Part shown: positions 49,453 to 59,932 of the stretch, piece by piece
How positions within the stretch are numbered: position 1 is the stretch's first letter
Layout of the letters: each line of letters opens with the position of its first letter
Source: Myxococcota bacterium
GTDB taxonomy: Bacteria; Myxococcota_A; UBA796; SXON01
Assembly: GCA_040386535.1 (NCBI GenBank)
Contig: JAZKFH010000013.1
Coordinates: forward strand, 96,001-160,000
Direction of reading: 5' to 3'
DNA length: 64,000 nt
Position numbers and translations under genes: made by a program
The notes under the pieces: model-generated
What the model was told of the DNA's origin: nothing
The model's input: only the letters and a program-made list of their open reading frames with translations
Database searches by the model: none

Positions 49453-52400
49453 GTGGCCCTCCACACCCCTCGATCCTCCCTCCGCGGCGTGGACTTGCGC
49501 CACGTTCCCCTGGGAGAGGTGTCCCTCGTGGGCGCGGATCTGCGCCGCGCGGATCTACGAGGTGTGGATCTCGTGCGACGAGATCTGCGCGAGGCTGACC
49601 TTCGGGGGGCCGACCTGCGCGGCGCCCGGCTCGCCTCCGCGGACCTGCGGGACGCCGAGCTCGACGGCGCGTTGTTGGACGGCGCCGACGCGACCGACGC
49701 CGATCTCCGCCGCACGCGCGGCTTCGGGATCTCGGCGGTGGGCCTGCGCGCGGAGGGTGCGCGGCTGGACGGTGGGGAGTGGCGCGAGGCCTCGTTGGAG
49801 GGGGCGCGGCTCACGGGCGTACGAGCGGCGGGGCTGCGGCTGGATCGCGCCCGGCTCGCAGGAGCCTCGTTCGTGGGGGCGTCGCTGCCGCGGGCGGTGC
49901 TCGACGACACGGATCTCGACGGCGCGGACTTCGGCGGGGCCCGCCTCGTCGACGTGGCCTTCGCCGGCGCCCGCGGCCGGCCGTTGCTGCTCGACGCCGA
50001 TCTGCGGGGGGCGGACCTGCGGCGGGTGGCGCTCGACGCCTGGCTGCCCGAGCGCATCGTGCTCGTGGGGGCGCGGCTCCGCCTCGCCGACGCGCGCTCT
50101 CAACGGGAGCGCCTTGCGTCGCTCGGCTGGCTCCCCTCCCGGACGACACGGGTGCGCCTGCTGGCGGGCGATGCCCTTCGCGGCGTCGACGGCCCGGCGC
50201 GGGCGCTCCGAAAGTGGGCGGGCGAAGCCTGGGCGCGGCGGCTGGCGGATCAGGCGGCGGAGATCGAGGAGGAGCGGCGGGCGACCGAGGCCGGCGAGGC
50301 GAAGGCGGCGGCCCGCAAGGCGCCGCGTCGGCGCGCGGTCGAGCGCGTGGTGGCGGAGGGGCCGGCGCCGGCCGAGCGCGAAGCGGGGTCCGACGCGGCG
50401 GCACGACTGGCCCAGCAGCTCGGCGCGCGGGCCCGCGAGGTCACCGCGCTCGGCCGGGTGATCTTCGGGGGGCCGGGTGGGCAGGTGCTCCCGGCGGCCG
50501 AGGACGGGCTCGACTTCCAGGTCGAGGCCGCCAGCCGCGACAGAGTCCTCCACGGCGCCGACGCGACGCGGGATGACGGGGCGCGCCTCGCCGCGATGCG
50601 CGAGCGCGTGGCGACACGGCGAGCGGCGGAGCGGCGGGCAGCACGGGTGCGCAAGGAGGCGGGCGTGGCACCCGCGGCTGATGCCCCGGACGTGCTCCGC
50701 GACGCCGCGCTCGCCGCGCGGGAGGCCGCGGTGGTGGCCCGGCGGTCCCGCGAGGCCGACGGCGCGCGGGCGGCGGCCGAGGCGTGGGTAAACGTCGACG
50801 GGGTCGAGCCCGTGTCTACCGGCCGGGTGTACGGCCCGGCCCAGGCCGCGCGCGTGGCGGCGCCGTGGCGGGTGGAGGACGCCGAGCACCCCGAGGCGCT
50901 CGAGGGCGGCGAGGCGGACGACGAGGGAAGCTCGCTCGGCACGCCGGCCGACCTGCCGTCGTCGAGCGCGTTCCAGGTGTCCTTCGCGACACCCGCGGTC
51001 GAGGCCGCGCGGGCGGCGGCGGCCGCGGTCACGCGGCAGGCCGTGAAGGCGGAGGCCACCCGACAGGCGGTCGAGGCCGAGGCCGCCGCGTGGATCTCCG
51101 TGGACGCCGGCACCGACGAAGTGCCCGTCCCGGACCGTCGCTCGGTCTACGACACGGCGGTGGAGGCGCCTTGGCTCGGCGCGGCGGACGCGGCGGCCGC
51201 TCCTTCGGATCCGGCGCTCGACGCCCACGCGCCGCTGGAACTCGCGGAGCCCCCCGACGACCTCGAGCCTGACGAGGCCACCAACCTGTCGCTCGTCCCC
51301 GTCGCCGCCTCGGTGCGGGTCGAGGACATGGGCGCGCTGCGTCGCGCGCGGGAGGTCGCCGAGGCGGCAGCGGCGGCAGAGGCGGCGGCGGAAGCGGCGG
51401 TGGCCGTAGCCGCGGCGGCGGAAGCGGCGGAAGCGGCGGTGGCCGTAGCCGCGGCGGCGGAGGCCGAGGCCGAGGCCGAAGATGGGGACGATCTCCCGCT
51501 TCCCGTACCCCTGGAGTTCTCGCTTCCTCCGCCGCCCCCGCCCGCCGAGCCCGCACGTTCGGCGGCGGCGGTCGATGCCGCACGTCCGTTCTGGCGCGTG
51601 GTTGTGCCGGCGGTCATTCGGCCGGTCGGCCCGCTCCGCCGGGCGCTGCGTGGCGCCGGGGTGGCCTTCGCCCTGTTCATGTGGGTGGTCGGGCGCGCCG
51701 GCCGCTTCGCCGGCGAGCAGCTGCGGTGGGTCGCCCAGGTGGCGTGGCGCGTGTTCGTGGCCGGCTTCGCGCGCGGCCTGCCCGCCGCGTGGCGCGCGCT
51801 CGCCGAGGAGGCCAACGCGGGCGCCGACGTGCCGACCGCCGAGGAGTCCGTCGAGTTCCGCGTCGAGGCCGTGGCCCGGGAGCGCGCGCTCGCCCGGATC
51901 GGCCTGCGGGGGGCCCTGGTCGCGCGGCGGGCGGTGGCGCTCCGGCACGCCGGGCTCGCGCTGGAGCGGGCCGCGATCGTGCGGCGGGCCGCAGAGCCGA
52001 GCCCGGCGCTGGGGCGCCTCGCGGCGGCACAGGTGGCCGCGGCGCGCGCGCGTCGGGACGACACCACGCGGCGGGCCTTCGCCGAGGCCGAGGCCGCCCG
52101 CTGGTCAGAGACGGAGAGCAGCGCCGACGCGGCGCCCCGCGTGCTTGCGGCGCGGCTCTCCGCGGCGCGGCTGCGTCACGCCGAGGGGCAGCTTCACGCC
52201 GAGGCCGAGCGGCAGGAGAACGACGCGGCGAAGCGTCTGGCCGCGGCCGAGCGGCGCGCCCGCGAAGAGGCCGAGCGGCGTGCTCGCGACGAGGCCGACA
52301 GCCGCCTTCACGACGAGGCGGACGCCGCGGAGATCCCGCTCTCCCAGCCGGAGTCGACCGGCCGCCTGCTCGGGCCACGGCTCGCCGCCGCTCGCGCGCG

Positions 52401-55400
52401 ACGCGCCGAGGGGGCGGCGCGTGCGTCGGCGGCCGCGGCCGCGGCTCGGCAGGGCCAGGACGAGGCGGCGGACGCGCAACGCGCCTACGTGGAAGCCGCG
52501 GCCGCGCGTCGCGCGCTCCTCGCTGCGCGTGCGCGGGCCGTGGCGCCGCCCTCCCCCCCAAAGCCCTCCGTTGCACCGACACGAGGCCCCACGCGACTCC
52601 CACGCGCGGTGACCCCGGCCCGGCCCTCCCTCGCCGCTCGCGCCAGCACGATCGCGGCGTCCGCCCGCCGCGGGATCACCCGCCTGCGTGGCGCCGCCAA
52701 ACAGGCTCCCGTGGTGATCGGCCCCGGCGCGCTCCTTGCCGGACGTCGCCTCGACGAGCGCGATCTCGGCGGCGCGGATCTACGCGGCGCCGATCTGCGC
52801 GGCGCCTCCCTCGTCGGCACGAACCTGCGCGGCGCGCGCCTCGCCGGGGCCGACCTGCGCGACGCCGATCTCACGGACGCCGTGCTCGCGGGCGCGGACC
52901 TGACGGGAGCCCGGCTGGAAGGGGCCTGCCTGGACCAGGCGGTGCTCGACAACGCCGTGCTCGACGACGCGCGCCTGATGGGCGCCCGCATGGTGAGCAC
53001 GCGTGGCCTGGCGCCGGGCCAGCGCGCGGCGCTGGGCGCGCTCGGCGCGGACGTGGGCCTGGACGACGACGGGCGCTGGGTGCGCATCGGCTCGATGGCG
53101 GCGGCCGGATCGGTCGTGGCGGTGATGGCGCTCTACCTCGTGGTGCGGTTCGCGGGCACCACGCTCGATCGCGCGGCGCTGGAGCAGGCCGCGGCCGAGT
53201 CCCAGCGCCAGGGTGACCCGGGCGCGGCCGCGGAGCAGTTCGCCGCGCTCGCGGGGCAGACCGAGGACCAGGGCGCGCGGGTGTCCTACCTGCTGGAGGC
53301 GGCCGCGGCGGCGGAGGAGTCCGGCGACGTGGAGCAGGCGATGGATCTGCTGGACGAGGCCGCCATCGCCGCGGCGTCGACCGGTGCGGAGGCTCGGGTC
53401 CGGCTGCGTCGCGCGGCGACCTATCGGCGCGTCGAGCTGCCCGAGGCCGCCGCCACCGAGTACCGGTCCCTCCTCGACGAGCTCGACCTGACACCGAGCG
53501 AGCAGGCCGAGGCCCTCACGGGGCTCGCCCTCGTCCGCGACGACCTCGACGTGATCGGTGAAGAAGACCGGCTCCTCACCGCCGCGGCCACGGACATGGA
53601 GCGCGGCGCGCTCGCCTTGGCCCTGGCCGACGGGTGGGCGGCCGCAGGGCGGATGGACGCCGCCCGCGGCGTGCTCGAGCGGGCCCTCGATCGCATCGTG
53701 TCCATCGAGGACGCCGTGCCCGCGCGGCTCCGGCTCGCCCGGCTCTTCGCCGAGAGCGGCGACACCGACGGGGCCCTCCTCTTGTTCGAGGAGCTCCTGC
53801 TGCTCCCCGGCGACCTCGGCGGCGAGGCCCGCCTGGGGGCGTCCGAGCTCCGCGCCCGGCGGGGGGACGACGCCGAGGCCTTCGCCCTGCTCGACCCGCT
53901 CCTGGCCCGCGGAGACGACGATCTCGCCGCCCGCGCGCGGTTCGCCGCCGCGACCATCGCCGGCCGCTCCGGGGACACCCCGCGCGCCATCGCCTGGCTC
54001 GAGGAGATCCTGGTGATGGAGGACGTGGAGCCGCGCATGGCGGACGAGGGCCGCATTCTCCTGGCGCGCCTGCTCGTCCGCTCCGATCCCGAAGCCGCCG
54101 CGCGCCTCGTCGAGGCGAACCCGGCGCTGCGTGAGGAGCTCCTGCTCGGGCAGGCGCGGTCGCTTCGGGAGGCGGGAAAGCGCATGGACGCCCGCGCCTT
54201 GTGGGTCCAGGTCGCGGAGGACGTGAACGCGACCGAGGAGGCGCGGGTAGACGCGGAGCTCTCCCTCGCGGAGCTCCAGGTCGAGGAGGGCGACGCGGAG
54301 GGCGCGCTGCGCCGCTACGAGCGGGTGATGGGCGCGGCGGCGGCGACCGCGGTGCGCCAGCGGGTCGTTCTCGGGTTGTGCAACGCGCTCGTGCGCCTCG
54401 GGCGCCTTCAGGACGCGGAGGAGCAGTACGACGGCCTCCTGGCGTCGGGGCCCTCCCCGGAGGTCGCCGCGCAGGCGAACCTCGGCCTGGCGCGCACCGC
54501 CGAGCTGCGCGGGCAGTTCGAGAAGGCCACCGGCCGCTACATCGAGATCGGCCGGCAGGAGGGGCCGTGGGCTGTGGAGGCGCTGGATGGGCTGGGCCAG
54601 CTCCGGGAGCGCTCCGGCGATCTCGCGGGCGCCGCGGAGGCATGGCGCCTGGCCCGGGGCCGCGCCCTTGGTGAGCCCGAGCGCCGCACGGCCATCGACA
54701 TCTCGCTCGCGCGGGTGCTGGACGCGATGGGCGATCCGGGGGCGGCCGCGGCCTACGCGATGCTGCTCGACGCGAACGACGCGACCGTGCGCGTGGCGGC
54801 GCGTATCGCCGTGGCCGAGGGGCTCGTCGGAAGTGATCCGGAGCGGGCGCGCGCCTACTACGAGGAGGCGGTGCAGGAGGCGGAGCCCGGCGAGGCGCGG
54901 GCCGCGGCGCGGGCAGGCTGGTTGCGGGCGACCGTGGCCCTCGGCGATGTCGAGGGCGGGCTGGCGCGCATCCGCGCGTGGCTCGAGACGGAGACCGACG
55001 CGGCCCTGCGTGGCGAGCTCGCCGTCGCGGCGACCCAGGCGCTCAGGAGCGAAGGCCGGCTGGAGGTCGCCGTCGAGATCGGCGAGACCTACGCCGCGGA
55101 CGGGGGATTCGAGCTCGGCATGCACCGCGCGGGCGCGCTGCGGGAGCTCGGGCGTGGCGCGGACGCCGCGACGGTGCTGCGCGCGCTGGTCGCCGCGTCA
55201 GCCGAGGACGAGGTGTGGCGCGTCGAGACGCTCGGCGAGGCCAGCATCGAGGCGGGGGACCTCGCGGCGGCGGCCACGGCCTACGATCGGCTCGAAAACC
55301 TTCCCGGCGGCACCGCCGCCGCGTCGTTCGGGCGCGCCCGGCTCGCGCGGGAGCGCGGTGAGTACGAGGCCGCCCTCGCGCTCCTCTCCGCCAGCGACGA

Positions 55401-55971
55401 CGCCCGTGCGCCGATGGAGCGCGCGACCGTCCTCGAGGGCCTCGGAAAGATGGATGAGGCCGAGATCGCCTGGGATCGCCTCGCTCTCTCGCCCGACCTC
55501 GAGCAGCGCTCCGCCGGGGTGCTCGGCATCGCGCGCGTGCGGCTCTCCCGGGACGACCCCGCGGGCGCGCTGGTGGAGCTCGACGCCTTGCCGGTCGTCG
55601 CCGACGGGTTCGTGCTGACCGCGGCGCAGGTGCGCGCGGAGGCCCTCCTGCTGCTCCGCCGGTTCGACGAAGCGGCCCGCGTGTACGGCGGGCTCGATCG
55701 GGACGCGGAGAGCCGGGTGGTCGGCGCCCTCGGCCTCGGCGAGGTCGCGCTCGCCCGGGACGCCGCCCCCGCCGCGCTCGTCTCGTTCCGCCAGGCGCTC
55801 GAGGGCACGAGCGACCCCTACTACCGGGCGCTCGCGCTCTCGGGCGTCACGCGCGCCCTGGCCGAGTCGGGGAACACGTCCGATGCGCGGTCCACCCTCG
55901 CGCGTTTGCGAAAGGAGCACCCCGATCGTACCGACGCGATCGAGGCTGCCGAGGCCGTCATCGCGCCCTGA
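49453..55971 (+). CDS. Giant (2172 aa) pentapeptide-repeat / TM / TPR-like protein
   Basis: Two blocks of A(D/R)Lxx pentapeptide repeats, Ala/Glu/Arg-rich linker, TM helix near 53080-53155, long TPR-like helical C-terminal region. Confidence 0.8.
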   Translation: MALHTPRSSLRGVDLRHVPLGEVSLVGADLRRADLRGVDLVRRDLREADLRGADLRGARLASADLRDAELDGALLDGADATDADLRRTRGFGISAVGLRAEGARLDGGEWREASLEGARLTGVRAAGLRLDRARLAGASFVGASLPRAVLDDTDLDGADFGGARLVDVAFAGARGRPLLLDADLRGADLRRVALDAWLPERIVLVGARLRLADARSQRERLASLGWLPSRTTRVRLLAGDALRGVDGPARALRKWAGEAWARRLADQAAEIEEERRATEAGEAKAAARKAPRRRAVERVVAEGPAPAEREAGSDAAARLAQQLGARAREVTALGRVIFGGPGGQVLPAAEDGLDFQVEAASRDRVLHGADATRDDGARLAAMRERVATRRAAERRAARVRKEAGVAPAADAPDVLRDAALAAREAAVVARRSREADGARAAAEAWVNVDGVEPVSTGRVYGPAQAARVAAPWRVEDAEHPEALEGGEADDEGSSLGTPADLPSSSAFQVSFATPAVEAARAAAAAVTRQAVKAEATRQAVEAEAAAWISVDAGTDEVPVPDRRSVYDTAVEAPWLGAADAAAAPSDPALDAHAPLELAEPPDDLEPDEATNLSLVPVAASVRVEDMGALRRAREVAEAAAAAEAAAEAAVAVAAAAEAAEAAVAVAAAAEAEAEAEDGDDLPLPVPLEFSLPPPPPPAEPARSAAAVDAARPFWRVVVPAVIRPVGPLRRALRGAGVAFALFMWVVGRAGRFAGEQLRWVAQVAWRVFVAGFARGLPAAWRALAEEANAGADVPTAEESVEFRVEAVARERALARIGLRGALVARRAVALRHAGLALERAAIVRRAAEPSPALGRLAAAQVAAARARRDDTTRRAFAEAEAARWSETESSADAAPRVLAARLSAARLRHAEGQLHAEAERQENDAAKRLAAAERRAREEAERRARDEADSRLHDEADAAEIPLSQPESTGRLLGPRLAAARARRAEGAARASAAAAAARQGQDEAADAQRAYVEAAAARRALLAARARAVAPPSPPKPSVAPTRGPTRLPRAVTPARPSLAARASTIAASARRGITRLRGAAKQAPVVIGPGALLAGRRLDERDLGGADLRGADLRGASLVGTNLRGARLAGADLRDADLTDAVLAGADLTGARLEGACLDQAVLDNAVLDDARLMGARMVSTRGLAPGQRAALGALGADVGLDDDGRWVRIGSMAAAGSVVAVMALYLVVRFAGTTLDRAALEQAAAESQRQGDPGAAAEQFAALAGQTEDQGARVSYLLEAAAAAEESGDVEQAMDLLDEAAIAAASTGAEARVRLRRAATYRRVELPEAAATEYRSLLDELDLTPSEQAEALTGLALVRDDLDVIGEEDRLLTAAATDMERGALALALADGWAAAGRMDAARGVLERALDRIVSIEDAVPARLRLARLFAESGDTDGALLLFEELLLLPGDLGGEARLGASELRARRGDDAEAFALLDPLLARGDDDLAARARFAAATIAGRSGDTPRAIAWLEEILVMEDVEPRMADEGRILLARLLVRSDPEAAARLVEANPALREELLLGQARSLREAGKRMDARALWVQVAEDVNATEEARVDAELSLAELQVEEGDAEGALRRYERVMGAAAATAVRQRVVLGLCNALVRLGRLQDAEEQYDGLLASGPSPEVAAQANLGLARTAELRGQFEKATGRYIEIGRQEGPWAVEALDGLGQLRERSGDLAGAAEAWRLARGRALGEPERRTAIDISLARVLDAMGDPGAAAAYAMLLDANDATVRVAARIAVAEGLVGSDPERARAYYEEAVQEAEPGEARAAARAGWLRATVALGDVEGGLARIRAWLETETDAALRGELAVAATQALRSEGRLEVAVEIGETYAADGGFELGMHRAGALRELGRGADAATVLRALVAASAEDEVWRVETLGEASIEAGDLAAAATAYDRLENLPGGTAAASFGRARLARERGEYEAALALLSASDDARAPMERATVLEGLGKMDEAEIAWDRLALSPDLEQRSAGVLGIARVRLSRDDPAGALVELDALPVVADGFVLTAAQVRAEALLLLRRFDEAARVYGGLDRDAESRVVGALGLGEVALARDAAPAALVSFRQALEGTSDPYYRALALSGVTRALAESGNTSDARSTLARLRKEHPDRTDAIEAAEAVIAP

Positions 55972-56066
55972 TCCCGCTGCGGAGGCACACCATCCGCACC
56001 AAACGGTACCGTGTCGGATATCCTGCCGGCGACGTCGCCTGGTCACACCCCTTCCCGGAGCGCTCC

Positions 56067-57044
56067 GTGAACCTATTTCGCCTCGCCCCCCTCCTGCTCG
56101 CCGTCGCCTGCACCGGAACCTCCAAGGACGAGACGGGGACCGTCGACACGGACACCGATGTCGTCGACACGGACACCGACGTCGAGCCCGTGGTCGTGTG
56201 GCAGGAGCACCGGATCTCCACCTCTTCTACGCTCAACGGCGTGTACGCCTCGGGTGACGGCGTCTGGGCCGCCGGCACGGGCGCCGAGATCTTCCTCGGC
56301 GGCGCCGACACGGAGTGGGCCTCCCAGTTCACCACCGTCTCCGACGAAGAGGACTTCACGGACCTCTGGGGCCAGGGCGCCGGGGGAACGCTGGAGCTCG
56401 TCGCCTCCGCGACCAGCGGCTACGTGGCCCGCCGCAGCGGCGGCACCTGGACCCCCGGAGATCTCGGCACCGCCGACCACACGGGCGTGGGTGGCTCTGG
56501 CCTCTCGGCGCTCTACGCCGTGAGCTGGGGCAGCATCTTCTCGTTCGACGGCGCCACGTGGACCTTCGAGGCCCCCCCGAACGGGGCGAGCCTGAACGAC
56601 GTGTACGGCATCGGCGCCGACGCGATCACGGTCGGGGAGGGCGGCATCATCCTCCGCCGCGACGCGGAGCCCGACACGGGCGTCGGCCCCGTCTGGGCAG
56701 CCATGTCCTCGGGCATCACGTCCGATCTGAACGCGGTGGCTGGCGTGAGCATGACGGACGTGTGGGCGGTCGGCGCGGACGGCATCGCGCTGCACTGGGA
56801 CGGCGTCGCGTGGACCCCCCAGCCCACCGGGGTGGACGAGGCCTTGTGGGCGGTCTTCGCGCCCGCGACCGACGCTGTGTACGCCGTCGGCAGCGCCGGC
56901 ACCGCGCTCGTCTGGGACGGCGTCGTGTGGACCGTTCTCCCGACCGGCGTCGCCGAGAACCTCTACGCCGTCCACGGCACGAGCTCGACCAACGTGTGGG
57001 CGGTCGGCAATCGCGGGATGGCGCTGCAGTACATCGCCCCGTAG
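56067..57044 (+). CDS. Beta-propeller-like lipoprotein
   Basis: Lipobox AVAC; DTDTD linker; repeats of L..V.G....DVWAVG..G..L.WDG..W. Confidence 0.8.
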   Translation: MNLFRLAPLLLAVACTGTSKDETGTVDTDTDVVDTDTDVEPVVVWQEHRISTSSTLNGVYASGDGVWAAGTGAEIFLGGADTEWASQFTTVSDEEDFTDLWGQGAGGTLELVASATSGYVARRSGGTWTPGDLGTADHTGVGGSGLSALYAVSWGSIFSFDGATWTFEAPPNGASLNDVYGIGADAITVGEGGIILRRDAEPDTGVGPVWAAMSSGITSDLNAVAGVSMTDVWAVGADGIALHWDGVAWTPQPTGVDEALWAVFAPATDAVYAVGSAGTALVWDGVVWTVLPTGVAENLYAVHGTSSTNVWAVGNRGMALQYIAP

Positions 57045-57119
57045 GCCGCTTCGGAGTCGGCCAGCGCGGAGTCGGCCAGCGCGAGGTCGGCGCGCGCGAA
57101 AGCCACCCGTCGCGGGCCG

Positions 57120-57917
57120 CTACGACGGGTGGTTCATCTTCCAGCGCATCTTGCGCAACATGCCGCGCAGGACCATGACCTCGCCGGCCTCGAGCCCAGC
57201 ACGCTGGAGGATGCGGCGAACGGTGTTCATGACGAGCGCCGGCTCGTGGCCCCGGAAGTAGGTGCCGAGCTCGAGCGTGGTCATCCAGTCGTTCACGAGG
57301 GGGTCGAGCTCGCCCGCGGTCACCACGGGCCGCGCCTCGGTCGCTCCCGGCGGCGCCCCACGCGCCGGACCTCCCCGGCGCCCCTCTCCATCAGCGCGCG
57401 GGACGTACCCGCGGCCCTGGGCCTCCGCGAACAGCGCCGCGCCGATCAGCAGCGCGGCCTGGGACAGGTTGAGCGAGGCGTGGATGTCGGTCGGGATGTG
57501 GAGCAACGCGTGGGCGTGGAGGAGCTCGTCCTTGTCCAGGCCGCGATCCTCGGGGCCGAACAGCACGGCGGTGTCGCCCACGTTGTCGAAGACCTGCGGC
57601 GCGAAGGTGGTGGGCGTGACCGCGGGCCAGCGATCGGTGCGGCCGCGCGCGGTGGTGGCGACGACGTAGTTGCAGCCGGCCACGGCCTCGGCGACGGTCG
57701 ACACGTACCGCGCCTGGTCCAGGATCTCCGCGGCGCCCGGGGCCATCCAGCGCGCACGGTCGATGTCGAACGCCGGCGGCGCGACGATCGCGAGCCGCCG
57801 GATCCCCATGTTCTTCATCGCACGCGCGACCGCGCCGACGTTGCCGGACTGCAACGGCTTCACGAGGACGAAGAGGACCCGTTCACGGAGGGTCTGCCCG
57901 AACGATTCAGCCTCCAA
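57120..57917 (-). CDS. trmJ: SPOUT RNA methyltransferase, TrmJ/LasT family
   Basis: GNVGAVARAMKNMG, ATTAR, LFGPEDRGL, SLNLSQA, LRGMLRK; TTG start overlaps the Hsp70 gene end. Confidence 0.85.
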   Translation of the reverse strand: MEAESFGQTLRERVLFVLVKPLQSGNVGAVARAMKNMGIRRLAIVAPPAFDIDRARWMAPGAAEILDQARYVSTVAEAVAGCNYVVATTARGRTDRWPAVTPTTFAPQVFDNVGDTAVLFGPEDRGLDKDELLHAHALLHIPTDIHASLNLSQAALLIGAALFAEAQGRGYVPRADGEGRRGGPARGAPPGATEARPVVTAGELDPLVNDWMTTLELGTYFRGHEPALVMNTVRRILQRAGLEAGEVMVLRGMLRKMRWKMNHPS

Positions 57918-59838
57918 ACATTCCCTTGAACCAGCCGGAGACCTTGGTCCAGAGGCCGGGATCAGCGGGCTTGTCGCCGACGGGCGCCGCCTTGGAGTCG
58001 ACCGCCTTCGTGTCGGCCTTGGGGTCCACCTTGGGGCTGCCGTACGGGCTCGGGCCGAGGCTCGACTTGAGGTCGCCGTTCTTGGCGTCGCCATTCTGGT
58101 GGGCGCTGTTGTCGGTGATGTCCTCGGGGACCTTGCCGTTGGCGTCCGCGCGCGCGGCGGGCACCGGGGCACGGGCACCGTCCAGCGGCGAGCCGTTCAG
58201 CGGCGGAGAGGCGCCGCCGATCTGCTGCGCGAGGCCCGACATCGGCATCGTGAAGGGCATGGGGGGCGGCGCGACGGGCGCGCTCTCTTCCTTGCGGGGC
58301 GCGGCGGGCACGAGCGGCTCGGCGCCGCCACCCTTGCCGAGCTTCAGGGTGCTCTCGACGGTCTGGCCGGTGGCCTTGTCGCGCGCCGTGAGGTTGAGGA
58401 TGCCCTCGGAGTCGATGTGGAACGTGACCTCGATCTGCACCTTGCCCTTGGGCGCGGAGCGGATGCCGGAGAACACGAACGTGCCGAGCATCTCGTTCTC
58501 GGCGCAGACCTGGCTCTCGCCCTGGTAGATCCGCAACATGATCGAGCGTTGGTTGTCCTTGCTCGTGGTCAGGGTGCGGGTCTTGTAGTCGGGGAGGGGC
58601 TGGTTCTTGGGGAACAGCACGTGCATCGTGCCGTCGACCTTGTTGATGCCGATGGGCATCGGGAGCACGTCGAGCAGCGTCACGTCGTCCGACGTGGTGC
58701 CGGCGAGCGAGTGCGACATGATCGCGGCGCCGATGCCGACGGCCTCGTCCGGGTGGACGCCCTTGCAGGGGGGCTTGCCGATGAAGTCGGTGACCCGCCG
58801 CTGGACCAGCGGCATGCGCGACTGCCCGCCGACCAGCAGCACCTCGTCGATCTGGCCCTTGCTGCTGCCCGACTCGCGGAGGATGCGCTCCATGTTGACG
58901 ATGGTGCGATCGACCAGGTCACCGGTGAGCTGCTCGAGCTTCTCCCGGGTGAGCTCGAAATCGATGTCGATCGGCTGCCCGGCCTCGCCCTTCGTGATGA
59001 AGGGGATGTGGATGCGGGTCCGTGTGGCGCCGGAGACCTCGATCTTGGCGGCCTCGGCCGCGTCCCGCACGCGCTGGACCGCGACACGATCGAACGACAG
59101 GTCGATCGCGTGCTCCTTGTAGAACTGCTCCAGCACCCACTGCATGACGCGATCGTCGAAGTCGACGCCGCCGAGGAACGTGTCGCCCCCGGTCGCGATG
59201 ACCTCGAAGATGCGGCCCTTGATGTCGATGATCGATATGTCGAACGTGCCACCGCCGAGGTCGTAGACCGCGATGCGTTGGTTCAGGTTCTTGCCGAGGC
59301 CGTACGCCAAGGCCGCCGCGGTGGGCTCGTTGAGCACCCGCAGCACCTTGAGGTTCGCGAGGCGGCCGGCGGTGCGCACGGCCTGGCGCTGGCGATCGTT
59401 GAAGTAGGCCGGGACGGTGATGACCGCCTGGTCGACCTCGGCGCCGAGCGACTCCTCCGCTACGTCCTTGATCTTCCGAAGGATCGCCGCGGAGATCTGC
59501 TCGAGGGTGAAGACCTGGTCCTTCACCTTGACGAGCACCTCGTTGCTCTCGCCCTCGACGAGCTCGTAGGTGAAGACCTGCCGGATCTTCTCGATCGTCT
59601 TGCTGTGGAAGTTGCGGCCGATGAGCCGCTTGGCCGCCGCGACCGTGTTCTGGGGGTTCAGCTGGGCCTGACGCTTCGCGTCGTGCCCGACCAACCGCTC
59701 CCCCTTGTCGCTGATCGCGAACACCGAGGGGATCGTGGTCGTGCCGCCCTTGTACGTGATGACCCTGGGCTTGCCGTTCTCGACGATCGCCGCACAAGAG
59801 TTCGTCGTACCGAGGTCGATTCCGATCGCCTTGCCCAT
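57907..59838 (-). CDS. Hsp70/DnaK-family paralogue
   Basis: GIDLGTTNS, TVPAYFND, NEPTAAA, DLGGGTFD, LVGGQSR, LLDV linker; atypical C-terminus. Confidence 0.92.
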   Translation of the reverse strand: MGKAIGIDLGTTNSCAAIVENGKPRVITYKGGTTTIPSVFAISDKGERLVGHDAKRQAQLNPQNTVAAAKRLIGRNFHSKTIEKIRQVFTYELVEGESNEVLVKVKDQVFTLEQISAAILRKIKDVAEESLGAEVDQAVITVPAYFNDRQRQAVRTAGRLANLKVLRVLNEPTAAALAYGLGKNLNQRIAVYDLGGGTFDISIIDIKGRIFEVIATGGDTFLGGVDFDDRVMQWVLEQFYKEHAIDLSFDRVAVQRVRDAAEAAKIEVSGATRTRIHIPFITKGEAGQPIDIDFELTREKLEQLTGDLVDRTIVNMERILRESGSSKGQIDEVLLVGGQSRMPLVQRRVTDFIGKPPCKGVHPDEAVGIGAAIMSHSLAGTTSDDVTLLDVLPMPIGINKVDGTMHVLFPKNQPLPDYKTRTLTTSKDNQRSIMLRIYQGESQVCAENEMLGTFVFSGIRSAPKGKVQIEVTFHIDSEGILNLTARDKATGQTVESTLKLGKGGGAEPLVPAAPRKEESAPVAPPPMPFTMPMSGLAQQIGGASPPLNGSPLDGARAPVPAARADANGKVPEDITDNSAHQNGDAKNGDLKSSLGPSPYGSPKVDPKADTKAVDSKAAPVGDKPADPGLWTKVSGWFKGMFGG

Positions 59839-59932
59839 GTGCCCTATTCTTCCCGACGTGGCACGCCGAATAGCACGTAGACCGGGGGTGGGTCAACGCG
59901 ACCAGGGCCCATCGAACCGCCTGTCGTCGGCC

